Shown here piece by piece: positions 30,153 through 40,812 of a stretch of 64,000 nucleotides of DNA. A model generated the notes under the pieces. That model made no database searches. It was not told the origin of the DNA and saw nothing but the letters and a program-made list of their open reading frames with translations. Within the stretch, counting starts at the first letter, position 1; each line of letters starts with the position of its first letter. The position numbers and the translations under genes were made by a program. Origin of the DNA: a virus (lineage: Duplodnaviria; Caudoviricetes); the IMG/VR virus record IMGVR_UViG_3300021387_001157, positions 1-64,000 of that record; one strand, given 5' to 3'.

Positions 30153-31619
30153 ATGATAAATATACCCAATAACGAGATTTGGTACACAACAAATGATGGA
30201 AATATTTTATCACCGGCCACATCAAGTATTTTAGGTGTCACATTGACAAGTAATATTTACAACAACAACCTTGGTGTTTCCACATTCAGTGGAAATGTAA
30301 CCGCTATCGGAGACAGTGCATACACTGGAGGTCACACACTGACATCGATAATACTTCCTAGTACCGTGACGAGTATAGGGTATGCCGCCTTCGGGGGACA
30401 GGCAAACCTTACTTCTATGACCATATTGTCGACCACACCTCCTACTACCAATGGTTCGTTTCCGAATACTCGTAACGATTTCATAATCTATGTTCCGGAA
30501 TCTGCCCTAGACACATATAGGAACTCTTCTTATTGGAATGACAGATATGACTATATATTTCCGATTGCCGAAGACAGACAAGTGAAGTTCTACTCACTCA
30601 ATGCCATTCCAAGTACGTACCACAACGGTTCGTTCCTCAATCTCACAATCGGGACGGCGAACAATCCGGCAGGTTTGTATTTCTGTTACAACAACTCATG
30701 GAGATACCTTGTCAATACTGATTCCGATATACGGAGTGCCACGACATGGAGTAACACGATATATTTTTATTCCACGTCACCTGCTCCGGTTTTGACATCT
30801 GAACCCCCATTGGGTTCTTATGTGTTTTCGGTTGATATTCCGTCATTGACAAGTGGTTCTGGACTTTCTATGTCAGATGGTGAGATGAGTATTTCGTTGT
30901 CACAGACAACCGTCACAGGAAACACCACCACCCCACATACTGGGAGTACGAACCTTCTTAAAATAGATTCGGACGACAATCTGTCAATCAGTGACACTTG
31001 GGACTGTGGTGAATATGACGACCAAGTTTATCGACATATGATACATCTAAAAACAAGCAATGTAGAATATGTCCATGTTTTGAAATCCGATATTCCCGAT
31101 GGTTCAACGGTTGTGAGTGTCGGTAGTGTTCCATCCAATCCTACCACAAATTCACCGACATATATCCAGTTGAGCAGTGGTAACAGATGGTATTATCAGT
31201 TATCGGGTAAGAGTCCCGCTTTGTCAAGTATTCAATATGGTGAGATTGCAGTGTCTTATGCAGACGGACATGAGAGACTATTTATCAAGAACACAAACGA
31301 CGAGATTATTGAATTTGAACCGGTTAATCGTCGTCGTAATGTGGTGAATAACGCCACATTCTTGAATCCAGATTTAACGGCGAACAATAACGAATGCAAA
31401 TGGAAGATTCCTTATGCAGACGTGACTTCTGCTGGAATCACCATTATGGGTGCAGTGTGTTTCTTGAGGGAAGTATCCACCGGAAAACAATTGATACCAG
31501 ATGTCGTGTTTGACGACAGAAACTCAGTAATAGAAATAACCATTTACTCTACGAGCAATATACGCCGAGAAACATACACGGCTATCATAATCGGTTCAAA
31601 CTACAATAACTTAATATAA
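30153..31619 (+). CDS. Tail-associated protein with minimal BspA-type N-terminal module
   Basis: IPNNEIWYTTNDG N-cap, 1-2 LRRs and C-cap; then VKFYS, WDCGEY and YGEIAVSY..ERLFIKN motifs. Confidence 0.6.
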   Translation: MINIPNNEIWYTTNDGNILSPATSSILGVTLTSNIYNNNLGVSTFSGNVTAIGDSAYTGGHTLTSIILPSTVTSIGYAAFGGQANLTSMTILSTTPPTTNGSFPNTRNDFIIYVPESALDTYRNSSYWNDRYDYIFPIAEDRQVKFYSLNAIPSTYHNGSFLNLTIGTANNPAGLYFCYNNSWRYLVNTDSDIRSATTWSNTIYFYSTSPAPVLTSEPPLGSYVFSVDIPSLTSGSGLSMSDGEMSISLSQTTVTGNTTTPHTGSTNLLKIDSDDNLSISDTWDCGEYDDQVYRHMIHLKTSNVEYVHVLKSDIPDGSTVVSVGSVPSNPTTNSPTYIQLSSGNRWYYQLSGKSPALSSIQYGEIAVSYADGHERLFIKNTNDEIIEFEPVNRRRNVVNNATFLNPDLTANNNECKWKIPYADVTSAGITIMGAVCFLREVSTGKQLIPDVVFDDRNSVIEITIYSTSNIRRETYTAIIIGSNYNNLI

Positions 31620-31634
31620 ATTCGAAAATAGAAG

Positions 31635-32174
31635 ATGAGTATAAGAATAACACAACCTTTTGCATTCGACTCACAGAAACCTAATTTCGAGAGAGATAAT
31701 ATAAATTCAAGTGAGTTCGAGAGTCAGTCTCCACTTGAACTGACGAGTGAAGAGGAACAAGACTTGTCTAACAAGTATGACATAGGTCATATTGTTTGGG
31801 ACATAAACACAAGATATCACTATCGTGTTGAGTTCTCGAACAATCATTTGTGTCTTGTTCCATTGGAACCGTTTAGTAAAAGTACACAAGAATGGTATGA
31901 CCTTGGTAACGATTATATACCCCAATTCGGTGAGATTATTATCTTTACAGACAATAGAATAGAGAATGGGCAATATGTCCCAATGTTTAAAGTTGGAGAC
32001 GGTGTTCATTCTCCGACAGAACTTCCTTTTACAGCAGCATCATACGCCACCACGTCGGGTACGTCAGATATTGCCAAAAGAGTCGAACACCAATTACATA
32101 TCGGACCACATGATTACGACGGTTCGGCAGAAGTGACTGTCGGATTGTATGATGGAAGTTATTCACAAACATAA
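31635..32174 (+). CDS. Tail-fibre-associated protein
   Basis: PQFGEIII..FKVGDGV..ELPF and YDGSAEV motifs typical of phage fibre N-terminal domains. Confidence 0.6.
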   Translation: MSIRITQPFAFDSQKPNFERDNINSSEFESQSPLELTSEEEQDLSNKYDIGHIVWDINTRYHYRVEFSNNHLCLVPLEPFSKSTQEWYDLGNDYIPQFGEIIIFTDNRIENGQYVPMFKVGDGVHSPTELPFTAASYATTSGTSDIAKRVEHQLHIGPHDYDGSAEVTVGLYDGSYSQT

Positions 32175-32217
32175 AACTAAAACATAAATAAAATATAAAA
32201 TATAAATTTTAAAATAT

Positions 32218-34617
32218 ATGGGAGATATAGTAATTTCTACAAATATCGATACTTTTGATGTAAATAGTGCCGATGATGGCATAAGTCTTGGTTCAAAAAC
32301 AGTCACTTTGAATACAAAAGATACTTATGTACCAGAGAATATTAAAGTTACTGTAGGTGCATCAATAAATGTGGCTGCTGGTAGTTTAAACAATGGAGCA
32401 GCAGAAGGTGTAGAATATAGTGAGAATACGGAAGATACAACTATAATTCCATCTGGAGGTTATTTGTATATAAACAAAGGTTGGTTTGAAAACACTAAAA
32501 TTTCATTGGGACACCTTATTCCTGAAATCGCTTCAAATGATGCTGGTGTTGGACATATTCTTACTGGATATAAGGCTTATGATGAAGCAGGTAACGTGTT
32601 AACTGGTACAGTTCCAACAATTACACCTGTGTTTCAAGGTGGTGCTGTGAGTGTTACACCATCGGTGAATAGTTTGACTGTTCCAACTGTGACATATAAT
32701 GCAACTGGTACTTTTCTTCCAACGGGTACTGGTAATGTTGGTTCAACTTATGGTGTAACAACAACTGCTCCAAGTAGTGGTACTGATGGTACAAATTATA
32801 TGACAATTGATGCAACACACACGGCTTCCGATGGTAGTGTTAAAGCATATGCTACTGCAAATAGAACCGCCGTTACATATAAAAATGCAGCAGTTGGTTA
32901 TGTGAATAAAGCTGCTAACACACAAGCGTTAGCGGAACCTACTACTGCAGCGACAGGCACATCTAGTGCTTCAGCAATTAAACCAACTGTTACCGACAAT
33001 TTTGCAAAGTTGTATATACCAATTGTTACAGTATTTGGTGATGGTGGTGGAGTATCAAAAGTAACTAGTGATAGTTCTCTTTCGATAACTGGTACAGCCC
33101 CAACCGTTACATTAACATACAGTGGTAAATTTACAGATATTGGTTCTTCTGGTGTTGGTGCAACTTATGGTGTCATAGCAGGAGTACCATCATCTGGTAC
33201 AGATGGTACAAACTATTTGTCAATAGTTACTAGTGCTTCAAGTAATACACAGACACTTACTGGTAATGCAACTATAAAATACACGAGAGCCGCCGTTACA
33301 TATACAAATAGTGCTGGTGCAATTGCAGCACATAATGATTCGACATTGTTAGGTGCAAGTTCTCCATCAACCGGTTTGACTCAAAGTGGAACTAGGGATG
33401 TAACTGCAAGTATAACTGGTGCAAAGACATATTCAATTCCTATTGTTAGTTTGGCAAATAAAGGTACTGGTGGTGCTGTGACGGTAAGTGCAAATATTCC
33501 ACAAGATAGTATACAAACAACGGTTCCAACGGTTACTGTTTCAAAAACAGGTTCAATGACTACAACAGGAAATGATGCATGGGGTGTCACAACAACAAAA
33601 CCTAACAGTTGGTCAGATGGAGCAAGTGGTGTGTCAATAACTATATCATCATCAAAAACAAATGGTAGTGTAACTGGTAGTATATCTGGTGAATATAGTA
33701 GAACCGCTGTAAAAACATCTACTAATATTAAAGGTGCTGTATCAGTATCATCATCTTCACCAGTCACACTTTTGACTGCTGTAACAAATGAATCAATCTC
33801 GGATATTGGAAGTTTTTCTAGTGGTGATATTGTACCAACAGTGAGTGGTGCTTCTGGAGCATATTATATAACAAAAGCAACAACAAGTATTTCTGGTGGA
33901 GCATTAACTGGAGATTCTACGATTACATGTACAAGTACCGGTAACTTTACTTGTACACCAAGTGTTAATTTCTTATCCAGAAGTGGAAGTACGACTGGAA
34001 GTGCAATAACACTTAGTACTTATGGTATAACAACAACAGCACCAACGAGTGGTTCTTCTGTCGTTTTCGACCCAGATGGAACTTTAGATGCAGCATCTAG
34101 AACTGTGAGTGCAAGTATTAATGTCGGACGTGCCGCCGTAACAGCAACCATATCAAAAGGTATAACAAAGGGTGCAACACTGACATCTGATGCTGTTGCA
34201 AATACATCGTTTAGTGGTAGTAAAGCCGTAACAGCATCTGTTGCCGCCGGTACAAGTTATTATGTTCCAGTTGTATCTATACCAAAACCATCATTTGGTA
34301 CAGCAAGTATTGGTAAACCAAAAGTTACAATGAGTCAAACTGTAACTAAAACTGGTGGTTCATCAACAACTGTTCCTACAGGTGTTGTTACACAAGCATC
34401 TGTTCCATCTGGATGGACAAACTATATTACAATCACTCCAAATGGTGGAAATATAACAAATGGTTCTGTAGCAATAACTTCAACAGTTACGGTTGGTAAA
34501 GGTTTGACTGCAGGTGGAACACAAAGTAAAGATTCTACAACAACTGTTGGTGCTGACACTGTAGTTTCAAATAAGACATTTATTAAGATATATGATGAGT
34601 CTTATACAATTTCATAA
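32218..34617 (+). CDS. Thr/Ser/Gly-rich tail fibre/spike-like protein
   Basis: Internal repeats (YGVTTTAPSSGTDGTNY, RAAVTY); late motif 32183-32190. Confidence 0.6.
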   Translation: MGDIVISTNIDTFDVNSADDGISLGSKTVTLNTKDTYVPENIKVTVGASINVAAGSLNNGAAEGVEYSENTEDTTIIPSGGYLYINKGWFENTKISLGHLIPEIASNDAGVGHILTGYKAYDEAGNVLTGTVPTITPVFQGGAVSVTPSVNSLTVPTVTYNATGTFLPTGTGNVGSTYGVTTTAPSSGTDGTNYMTIDATHTASDGSVKAYATANRTAVTYKNAAVGYVNKAANTQALAEPTTAATGTSSASAIKPTVTDNFAKLYIPIVTVFGDGGGVSKVTSDSSLSITGTAPTVTLTYSGKFTDIGSSGVGATYGVIAGVPSSGTDGTNYLSIVTSASSNTQTLTGNATIKYTRAAVTYTNSAGAIAAHNDSTLLGASSPSTGLTQSGTRDVTASITGAKTYSIPIVSLANKGTGGAVTVSANIPQDSIQTTVPTVTVSKTGSMTTTGNDAWGVTTTKPNSWSDGASGVSITISSSKTNGSVTGSISGEYSRTAVKTSTNIKGAVSVSSSSPVTLLTAVTNESISDIGSFSSGDIVPTVSGASGAYYITKATTSISGGALTGDSTITCTSTGNFTCTPSVNFLSRSGSTTGSAITLSTYGITTTAPTSGSSVVFDPDGTLDAASRTVSASINVGRAAVTATISKGITKGATLTSDAVANTSFSGSKAVTASVAAGTSYYVPVVSIPKPSFGTASIGKPKVTMSQTVTKTGGSSTTVPTGVVTQASVPSGWTNYITITPNGGNITNGSVAITSTVTVGKGLTAGGTQSKDSTTTVGADTVVSNKTFIKIYDESYTIS

Positions 34618-34633
34618 TTAAAAATAATATTGG

Positions 34634-34668
34634 AAAAGGTGACAGATACAAGTCTGTCACCTTTTTTT
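34634..34668 (+). terminator. Intrinsic terminator
   Basis: AAAAGGTGACAGA..TCTGTCACCTTTTTTT. Confidence 0.8.
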
Positions 34669-34726
34669 GTTATATTTTATATATAATAACACATAAATAA
34701 ATTAAATATTAAAATTTCAACAATAT

Positions 34727-37700
34727 ATGGCAAATATACCTATAGAAGTCAATACCGGTGAAACTAAAACAATCACATTTCACACATCCGGTACTTTTAA
34801 CACAGAGGATATAGTTTTTTCAATTTCAGCCGCTGGTGGTGATGCAAATACCACAATGAGTGGTGTCGCCTATTGTAGTACCGCCGCTGCAACTGCAACT
34901 AAAACAGCCACTATGCCTGGTTTTGAACTAGTAACTGGACAGAGAATATTACTCCAGACAACTAATACAAATAGTGCAACATCCAATGTCAAACTCAGTG
35001 TAAATGGTACAACAGCAAAACCAATCAAAATTGGTACGTCAAATGTAACATCAAGTAACTTTCCAGCTGCTTGGTGGATTGCCAATTACGATGGTACGAA
35101 CTGGGTTTTAACAAGAGTTTATTTGAGTGATACCAATACTGACACTATGGTTACACAAAGTGCTACAACAACAGAAAATTATAGAAAAATACTTCTCGGT
35201 TATAATAGTTCTGCAACAACAGGTGATGCAATTACAAGTACCACAAATGTTGCATACGAGGCAGTTGATGTAGAAGTCCAACCAAGCACTGGAAAAATAA
35301 TTTCTAATGGGTTTGTGAAAAAAGGTGGAACATCTTCTCAGTTTTTGAAAGCAGATGGTAGTGTGGATTCAAATACATATTCACTTTCCTCACATAACCA
35401 TAGTGGAGTTTATAAACCAATTCAGACAGCCGTAACTTCACCAACCGCTTCGACTACTACATCAACAACTTTCATTGACACAGTAAGTCAGGACACAAAA
35501 GGTGTTATCACTGCAACTAAGAAAACTCTTCCTACTGCATCTACATCGACAGCGGGTATCATCAAGATTGGAACATCTTCTACAACAGCAGCCGCCGGTA
35601 ATCATACACATACGTTTGCAAGTCTTACTTCAAAACCGACAACACTTGCCGGTTATGGAATAACTGATGCAACCGACACCAAGGTGACTTCTGTTGACAA
35701 TCACTATACACCAGAAAGTGATGATGAGGCATCTCTTACTGCATCTGCAAGTGGTGCTAGTGCTGCATGGGGTATAGATGTTGTAAAAGGAATAACGATT
35801 TCGAAAGATGCAAAGGGTCACGTGACGGGTCTTTCTGTTACTTCTGGTAAGATACCTGCTAACCCAAACACAGATGCAAAGGTAACACCAGTTGCACTTT
35901 CTACTGATTCAGCTACGAACTATAACATACTTCTTGTAAATTCAAATACCACTCCTACTACAAATGGTCAACCAAAATATGCAACAACAGCCAAGATAAA
36001 TGGTAAGGGTGAGATAACGGCAACAAGTTTTAAGTTGTCTAGTGGTACTGGTTTCTTGAAGGCCGATGGAAGTGTTGATACAAACACATATTCAACTTCA
36101 AACCACACACATAGTGAATATAAAACAACTCAAACCGCTGTTTCGGACCCAAGTGTTCCAACGAGTGGTACTACTACATCAACATCATTTATCGATACCA
36201 TTAGTCAGAATACAAACGGTGACATAACTGTAACCAAGAAGAATATTCCAACTGCAAGTACTTCTGTTGCTGGTATAACAAAAGTTGGTGCTTCCGGTGG
36301 TGCTGCAACTTATGGACACACACATTCTAATTACGTTGATTTGAGTAGTGCTCAGACAATTTCCGGTGTTAAAACGTTTTCAAATGGATTGAATATGAAT
36401 ACTGGTACTTCTTGGGCAGATTCAGATAGAACTATTCCATTTGGTGCAAATGGTGATGCAACAAAAATCCAATATATTTCAAATGATACAAATAAAGGTT
36501 TGACATTCAATCCAAGTACAGGTGCATTAAAGGCTGCAAGTTTCGTTAAACGTGGTGGAACATCGACTCAATTCTTGAAGGCTGACGGAAGTGTTGACAG
36601 TACTTCATACTCACCAACAAGTCATAACCATAGTGGAGTTTATAAACCAATTCAGACAGCCGTAACTTCGCCAACGGCTTCAACTACTACATCAACAACA
36701 TTCATCGATTCAATAAGTCAAAATGAAAACGGTGTTATTACTGCAACTAAGAAGACACTTCCTAGTTATGCTTCATCAAGCCATAGTCACGCTTTTAGTA
36801 GTATAACATCAAGAGGTGAAGCATATCTTGAATGGGGTGGAAAAAATTTAGCTAGTACTTATTCACCGATAGACGCTGCAATGGTTGGAAATCTTGGTGC
36901 AAACAGAACAGCATTTGTTTCACCAAATGCAGTCACTGTTGAATATTCAAGAGATGGTGGTACAACTTGGACAGATTATGGTGCATCAGATTCAAGTAAG
37001 ACGGGTTTCTTTACAGATTTTAAAACTAGTGCATTTTATATTGGTAAATCGACAACATCAAATCCAGCCGATGCAAATTGTCAACTTCGTGTAACTTTAT
37101 CGACAGCTGGTAATCAGGTTTATACAGTTTTGAATAAATTTATTATATATGTTACAACAAGTGGTAGTGCTGGAACTTGGTGTTCAATAGATGCTCGTCT
37201 TCAATCAAATATTACAAGTAATACAGACACTTGGAAAAATTTTGCAAATAAGGTTAGTGTTTTAGGTTGGAGTGGATATAATGTTATTAACACATCTGGT
37301 ATTACAACATACGGAAATACACCATCATCACAGTATGGTCAAGTTCGTTTCACATTCGGTTGTACTGGTGTTAGTACATCCAATTATCCTGGTTTGGGTA
37401 TTTTTGGTGTTAATTGTTATGGTGGAGTTGGTTGGGCAACACCATCAACAATGGCAAGTAATGGTAGATTGTATAGTTTTGATATGTCAAAAAATGCAAC
37501 ATTTCCAGCAAAGATAACAGCAACACAGTTTGTTAAAAGTGGTGGTACGTCTTCACAGTTTTTGAAAGCGGATGGAAGTGTGGATAGTAATTCATATGTA
37601 ACATCTGATACGAAAGCATCACATGTGGTAGTTGGTCCAGAATCATCATCTTCTACTAATACAGATTCGGAAGTCGCTTGTTTTATCAATGTTGTAAATT

Positions 37701-38785
37701 CTGACGGTACCGTTGCACCAGGTGTAAAAATCACTGGTAGTGGTTCTGTATATGTAAATAGTAATTCTGATGGAGTTATAACTATAAATGGAGCATCTGG
37801 AAGTGATGTCACATTACCTGAAAGTAATATAACTTTGTCAACAACTGCACAAACATATATAACATCGGGTTCTACTACAAGGAAAATATCTCTTCCAAGT
37901 ACAGACCCATATACAAGTGCAAGAACACCATCAAGTCACACACATGGTAATATTCAGAATGGTGGAACACTTCAAACAACCGATATTACAATTGCAAATG
38001 GAGACAAGTTAGTTGTCACCGATTCGTCAAACTCGAATAAGATTGCAAGAACTTCTATTACATTCGACGGAAGTACGACGACAAAATTCCTTTCACAAAA
38101 AGGAACATGGGAGAGTCCATCGAGTGGAGGTTCAACTGTTACTTTACCTAGTAGCAATATAACACTTTCCACAACCGCTTCAACATATATAACTGTCGAT
38201 GGAACATCTAGAACTATTGCATTACCGACAAATATTCCAGATACTTGGATAGGTACAACTTTCGATACTGTTTCTAAAGGTAGTCACGGGCATGGAACTA
38301 TAAGTAACGGTGGTTATATTCAAGGTAATATATCACAATCTGGAGGTGTGGCAAATAACCAAGTCGCTATTGCAAACGGTGACAGACTTGTGATTGGAGA
38401 TTACAGTGATAGAAGTGATAATTATCATAAACTAAAATTGACAAGTATTGTATTCGACGGAAGTACGACGACACAGTTCCTCTCAAAGAAAGGAACATGG
38501 GAAACTCCTTCTGGTGGTAGCGCATCAATGGCATCTCCACATAATAGTTTAGGAACAGTATTACCTCTTGATTCAATATCGTCGTTTAATACATCACCAA
38601 ATTATATGGATTATGAACTAACGACTACTAATACTGTTGAGTTACTTAGAGTAGATGGGGAAAAAGAATATATTTCATATCTACTCCCAATTTGTATGGA
38701 TAATTTAGGTCATCTATATATACCTATTACAGAAGCTTTTGGTACTTTTTTACTAGATGGATATGGATATACAGCAAGTCACTAA
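34727..38785 (+). CDS. Long tail fibre protein
   Basis: Four FLKADGSVD repeats, HxH motifs, KPTTLAGYGITD; late motif 34692-34699. Confidence 0.8.
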   Translation: MANIPIEVNTGETKTITFHTSGTFNTEDIVFSISAAGGDANTTMSGVAYCSTAAATATKTATMPGFELVTGQRILLQTTNTNSATSNVKLSVNGTTAKPIKIGTSNVTSSNFPAAWWIANYDGTNWVLTRVYLSDTNTDTMVTQSATTTENYRKILLGYNSSATTGDAITSTTNVAYEAVDVEVQPSTGKIISNGFVKKGGTSSQFLKADGSVDSNTYSLSSHNHSGVYKPIQTAVTSPTASTTTSTTFIDTVSQDTKGVITATKKTLPTASTSTAGIIKIGTSSTTAAAGNHTHTFASLTSKPTTLAGYGITDATDTKVTSVDNHYTPESDDEASLTASASGASAAWGIDVVKGITISKDAKGHVTGLSVTSGKIPANPNTDAKVTPVALSTDSATNYNILLVNSNTTPTTNGQPKYATTAKINGKGEITATSFKLSSGTGFLKADGSVDTNTYSTSNHTHSEYKTTQTAVSDPSVPTSGTTTSTSFIDTISQNTNGDITVTKKNIPTASTSVAGITKVGASGGAATYGHTHSNYVDLSSAQTISGVKTFSNGLNMNTGTSWADSDRTIPFGANGDATKIQYISNDTNKGLTFNPSTGALKAASFVKRGGTSTQFLKADGSVDSTSYSPTSHNHSGVYKPIQTAVTSPTASTTTSTTFIDSISQNENGVITATKKTLPSYASSSHSHAFSSITSRGEAYLEWGGKNLASTYSPIDAAMVGNLGANRTAFVSPNAVTVEYSRDGGTTWTDYGASDSSKTGFFTDFKTSAFYIGKSTTSNPADANCQLRVTLSTAGNQVYTVLNKFIIYVTTSGSAGTWCSIDARLQSNITSNTDTWKNFANKVSVLGWSGYNVINTSGITTYGNTPSSQYGQVRFTFGCTGVSTSNYPGLGIFGVNCYGGVGWATPSTMASNGRLYSFDMSKNATFPAKITATQFVKSGGTSSQFLKADGSVDSNSYVTSDTKASHVVVGPESSSSTNTDSEVACFINVVNSDGTVAPGVKITGSGSVYVNSNSDGVITINGASGSDVTLPESNITLSTTAQTYITSGSTTRKISLPSTDPYTSARTPSSHTHGNIQNGGTLQTTDITIANGDKLVVTDSSNSNKIARTSITFDGSTTTKFLSQKGTWESPSSGGSTVTLPSSNITLSTTASTYITVDGTSRTIALPTNIPDTWIGTTFDTVSKGSHGHGTISNGGYIQGNISQSGGVANNQVAIANGDRLVIGDYSDRSDNYHKLKLTSIVFDGSTTTQFLSKKGTWETPSGGSASMASPHNSLGTVLPLDSISSFNTSPNYMDYELTTTNTVELLRVDGEKEYISYLLPICMDNLGHLYIPITEAFGTFLLDGYGYTASH

Positions 38786-38786
38786 T

Positions 38787-38824
38787 AAAAAAAGACCCTC
38801 GACATAATCGAGGGTCTTTTTTTT
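38787..38824. terminator. Bidirectional terminator
   Basis: AAAAGACCCTCGA..TCGAGGGTCTTTT. Confidence 0.85.
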
Positions 38825-38832
38825 ATATCTTA

Positions 38833-39471
38833 TTATAGAAAGAATCCTTTCTTTTTAAGATACTTACCAAATGAATCAACCATTTCTAAAATATTATCTC
38901 TTACAATTTCCTTGTCAGATTTTACAACTGGTTTTGTGTATGATGGTTTTTCTCCGGTAGTATCCATGGTAGTATACATATCCATCTGTTGATACTTATT
39001 ATCGACATAACTCAACAATCTATTGTAGTAACGGATACCGGCATCAATAGACTTGTTTTCTTCGTTTAGTTCTATAATTCTTTTGTTTGCAAAGTTTATA
39101 TCTTCATTGTATTTTTCAATCTTTCCATCATTGTCTTCCTTACATGATTTCCAAGTTTTAATGTCTCTTTTCAAACTCTCAATGATATCTTCCTTGTTGC
39201 AACAGTTTTCCAACTTTTCTTTGATTCCTTCTTCAATCTTGTATTCACCATTTTCATTTTTTTCAGAATCACGATATAACGTTATTTCATCAAAGTCTAC
39301 AATAATTTTTTCATCGTCTTTCTTGACCGGTTCATCATCTGGAACAATCTTCTCATATGATGTGACGACGAGTTGTTCATAAGGATTTTCCATTGCTTTC
39401 TTTACGGCTTCATTGAAGTCTTCACGATTGGTGTACTCTACACCGTTTACATTTCCGATAAACTTTTTCAT
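38833..39471 (-). CDS. Hypothetical coiled-coil protein
   Basis: 212-aa ORF. Confidence 0.6.
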   Translation of the reverse strand: MKKFIGNVNGVEYTNREDFNEAVKKAMENPYEQLVVTSYEKIVPDDEPVKKDDEKIIVDFDEITLYRDSEKNENGEYKIEEGIKEKLENCCNKEDIIESLKRDIKTWKSCKEDNDGKIEKYNEDINFANKRIIELNEENKSIDAGIRYYNRLLSYVDNKYQQMDMYTTMDTTGEKPSYTKPVVKSDKEIVRDNILEMVDSFGKYLKKKGFFL

Positions 39472-39484
39472 TTCTTCAATTTTT

Positions 39485-39865
39485 TTATATGTTTAATTCT
39501 TTTATTTTATTTTTCGTTTTTTCACCCATTATAGAGGCGAAAATATGTCGGTGGCAGAAGTCCCCACTCTTCTCAAAACAGAGCAATACAAGGTCTTTTT
39601 TGCCGTTTATTTCGGATATTTGTTCAAATGTTTTCCACACACGGTTGAAATCAAACCTTTCCATATCCTTCCTGTAGATTTTCTCGTATTCGGTTTCATC
39701 GATTTCACCGGACTTTATCTTTCTCAGTAAATCCTCCGACGGGGCAAAAGTTTTAATCTCGGCGATATTGAGTCCTTTCGGTGTGTATCGTGCAATTGAT
39801 ATTGGAAAATATCCGGCATCCAATATTTTGTTGAGTTTTGCAAAGTAACTCGTATAAATCTTCAT
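39485..39865 (-). CDS. DUF488-like protein
   Basis: KIYTSYFA, SIARYTP, FAPSEDLL, LLCFEK.GDFCHRHI; start ATG 39865. Confidence 0.75.
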   Translation of the reverse strand: MKIYTSYFAKLNKILDAGYFPISIARYTPKGLNIAEIKTFAPSEDLLRKIKSGEIDETEYEKIYRKDMERFDFNRVWKTFEQISEINGKKDLVLLCFEKSGDFCHRHIFASIMGEKTKNKIKELNI

Positions 39866-39919
39866 ATAGTTTAAATATAACAAAAAAATTCAGATAGATT
39901 CAATCCATCTGAATTTTTT

Positions 39920-40810
39920 TTATTTAATTCTTTTCCAAACAAATTTTCCATCGGACACATGGACTTTTACTATTTTACCTTCTGCAATATCTTTTCTTAG
40001 TTTTATTATCCTTGAATATCTTTCGTTTATTCCATTTGACACGATTGATTTCATCTCTTCTAAATTATTATTTTCATCTTCAGATTCAGAGAATAACCCA
40101 AATATATTATTGATATTTTTATTGGTTATTTTTTTCAATCTTTGAACTGCAACATTATCATATTTTTTTGCAAATATTACTTTCTTACTCTTTGATAAAC
40201 TTGTTTCATCAAGATTAAGATTATATAAATTCAGAAGTTCCTTTACATCATATTTTGTACAAGGCTTATTTAAAAAACCATTTAACCAAAGTATATACAA
40301 ATATGTTCTGTCATCGTTGTATGTGTTAATAATTTCATCGTTGACATATTTATTCCAATTTTTTAACATTCTTTTTGTATATAAAGAATTTGCAGCAGCG
40401 ACATACATATTCGGTAAAAAACCCATATTACTTCTATTACTTGTTATTGAATATTTTTTCCCAAACTTATTAAAATCATCCAATCTACTTTCAATAAAAT
40501 CTTTTGGAAATAATAAATCATCGTCGGCCGTTATTATAATATCATCGTCGTCAAGATAGTCGAGTATTGGAAATATTTTTTTCATAGACTTTGTGTTTTT
40601 ACCATCAACCCAATTTATAATAAGTCTTTCATCTGAATTGAAATACTCAACCAAATCTTTCGGGAGTTCCACTTTTTCAAAATCAAATTCACTTTTACTC
40701 AAATTCAGATAAACTCTATCAGGTTTCATTGTGTTGTTCATTATACTATTAACAACTTTTTTCACCGAACCTATCCTTTTTACCCATGAAGTCATAGTTA
40801 CTACAATCAT
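39920..40810 (-). CDS. GT-A fold glycosyltransferase
   Basis: VVTMTSW..RI, KSMKKIFP, IITADDDLLFP (DxD), NDD. Confidence 0.75.
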   Translation of the reverse strand: MIVVTMTSWVKRIGSVKKVVNSIMNNTMKPDRVYLNLSKSEFDFEKVELPKDLVEYFNSDERLIINWVDGKNTKSMKKIFPILDYLDDDDIIITADDDLLFPKDFIESRLDDFNKFGKKYSITSNRSNMGFLPNMYVAAANSLYTKRMLKNWNKYVNDEIINTYNDDRTYLYILWLNGFLNKPCTKYDVKELLNLYNLNLDETSLSKSKKVIFAKKYDNVAVQRLKKITNKNINNIFGLFSESEDENNNLEEMKSIVSNGINERYSRIIKLRKDIAEGKIVKVHVSDGKFVWKRIK

Positions 40811-40812
40811 AA

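Noticed and set aside
22900-31619. Invertible shufflon between divergent LRR genes
   Set aside because: No invertase and no clear inverted recombination sites seen
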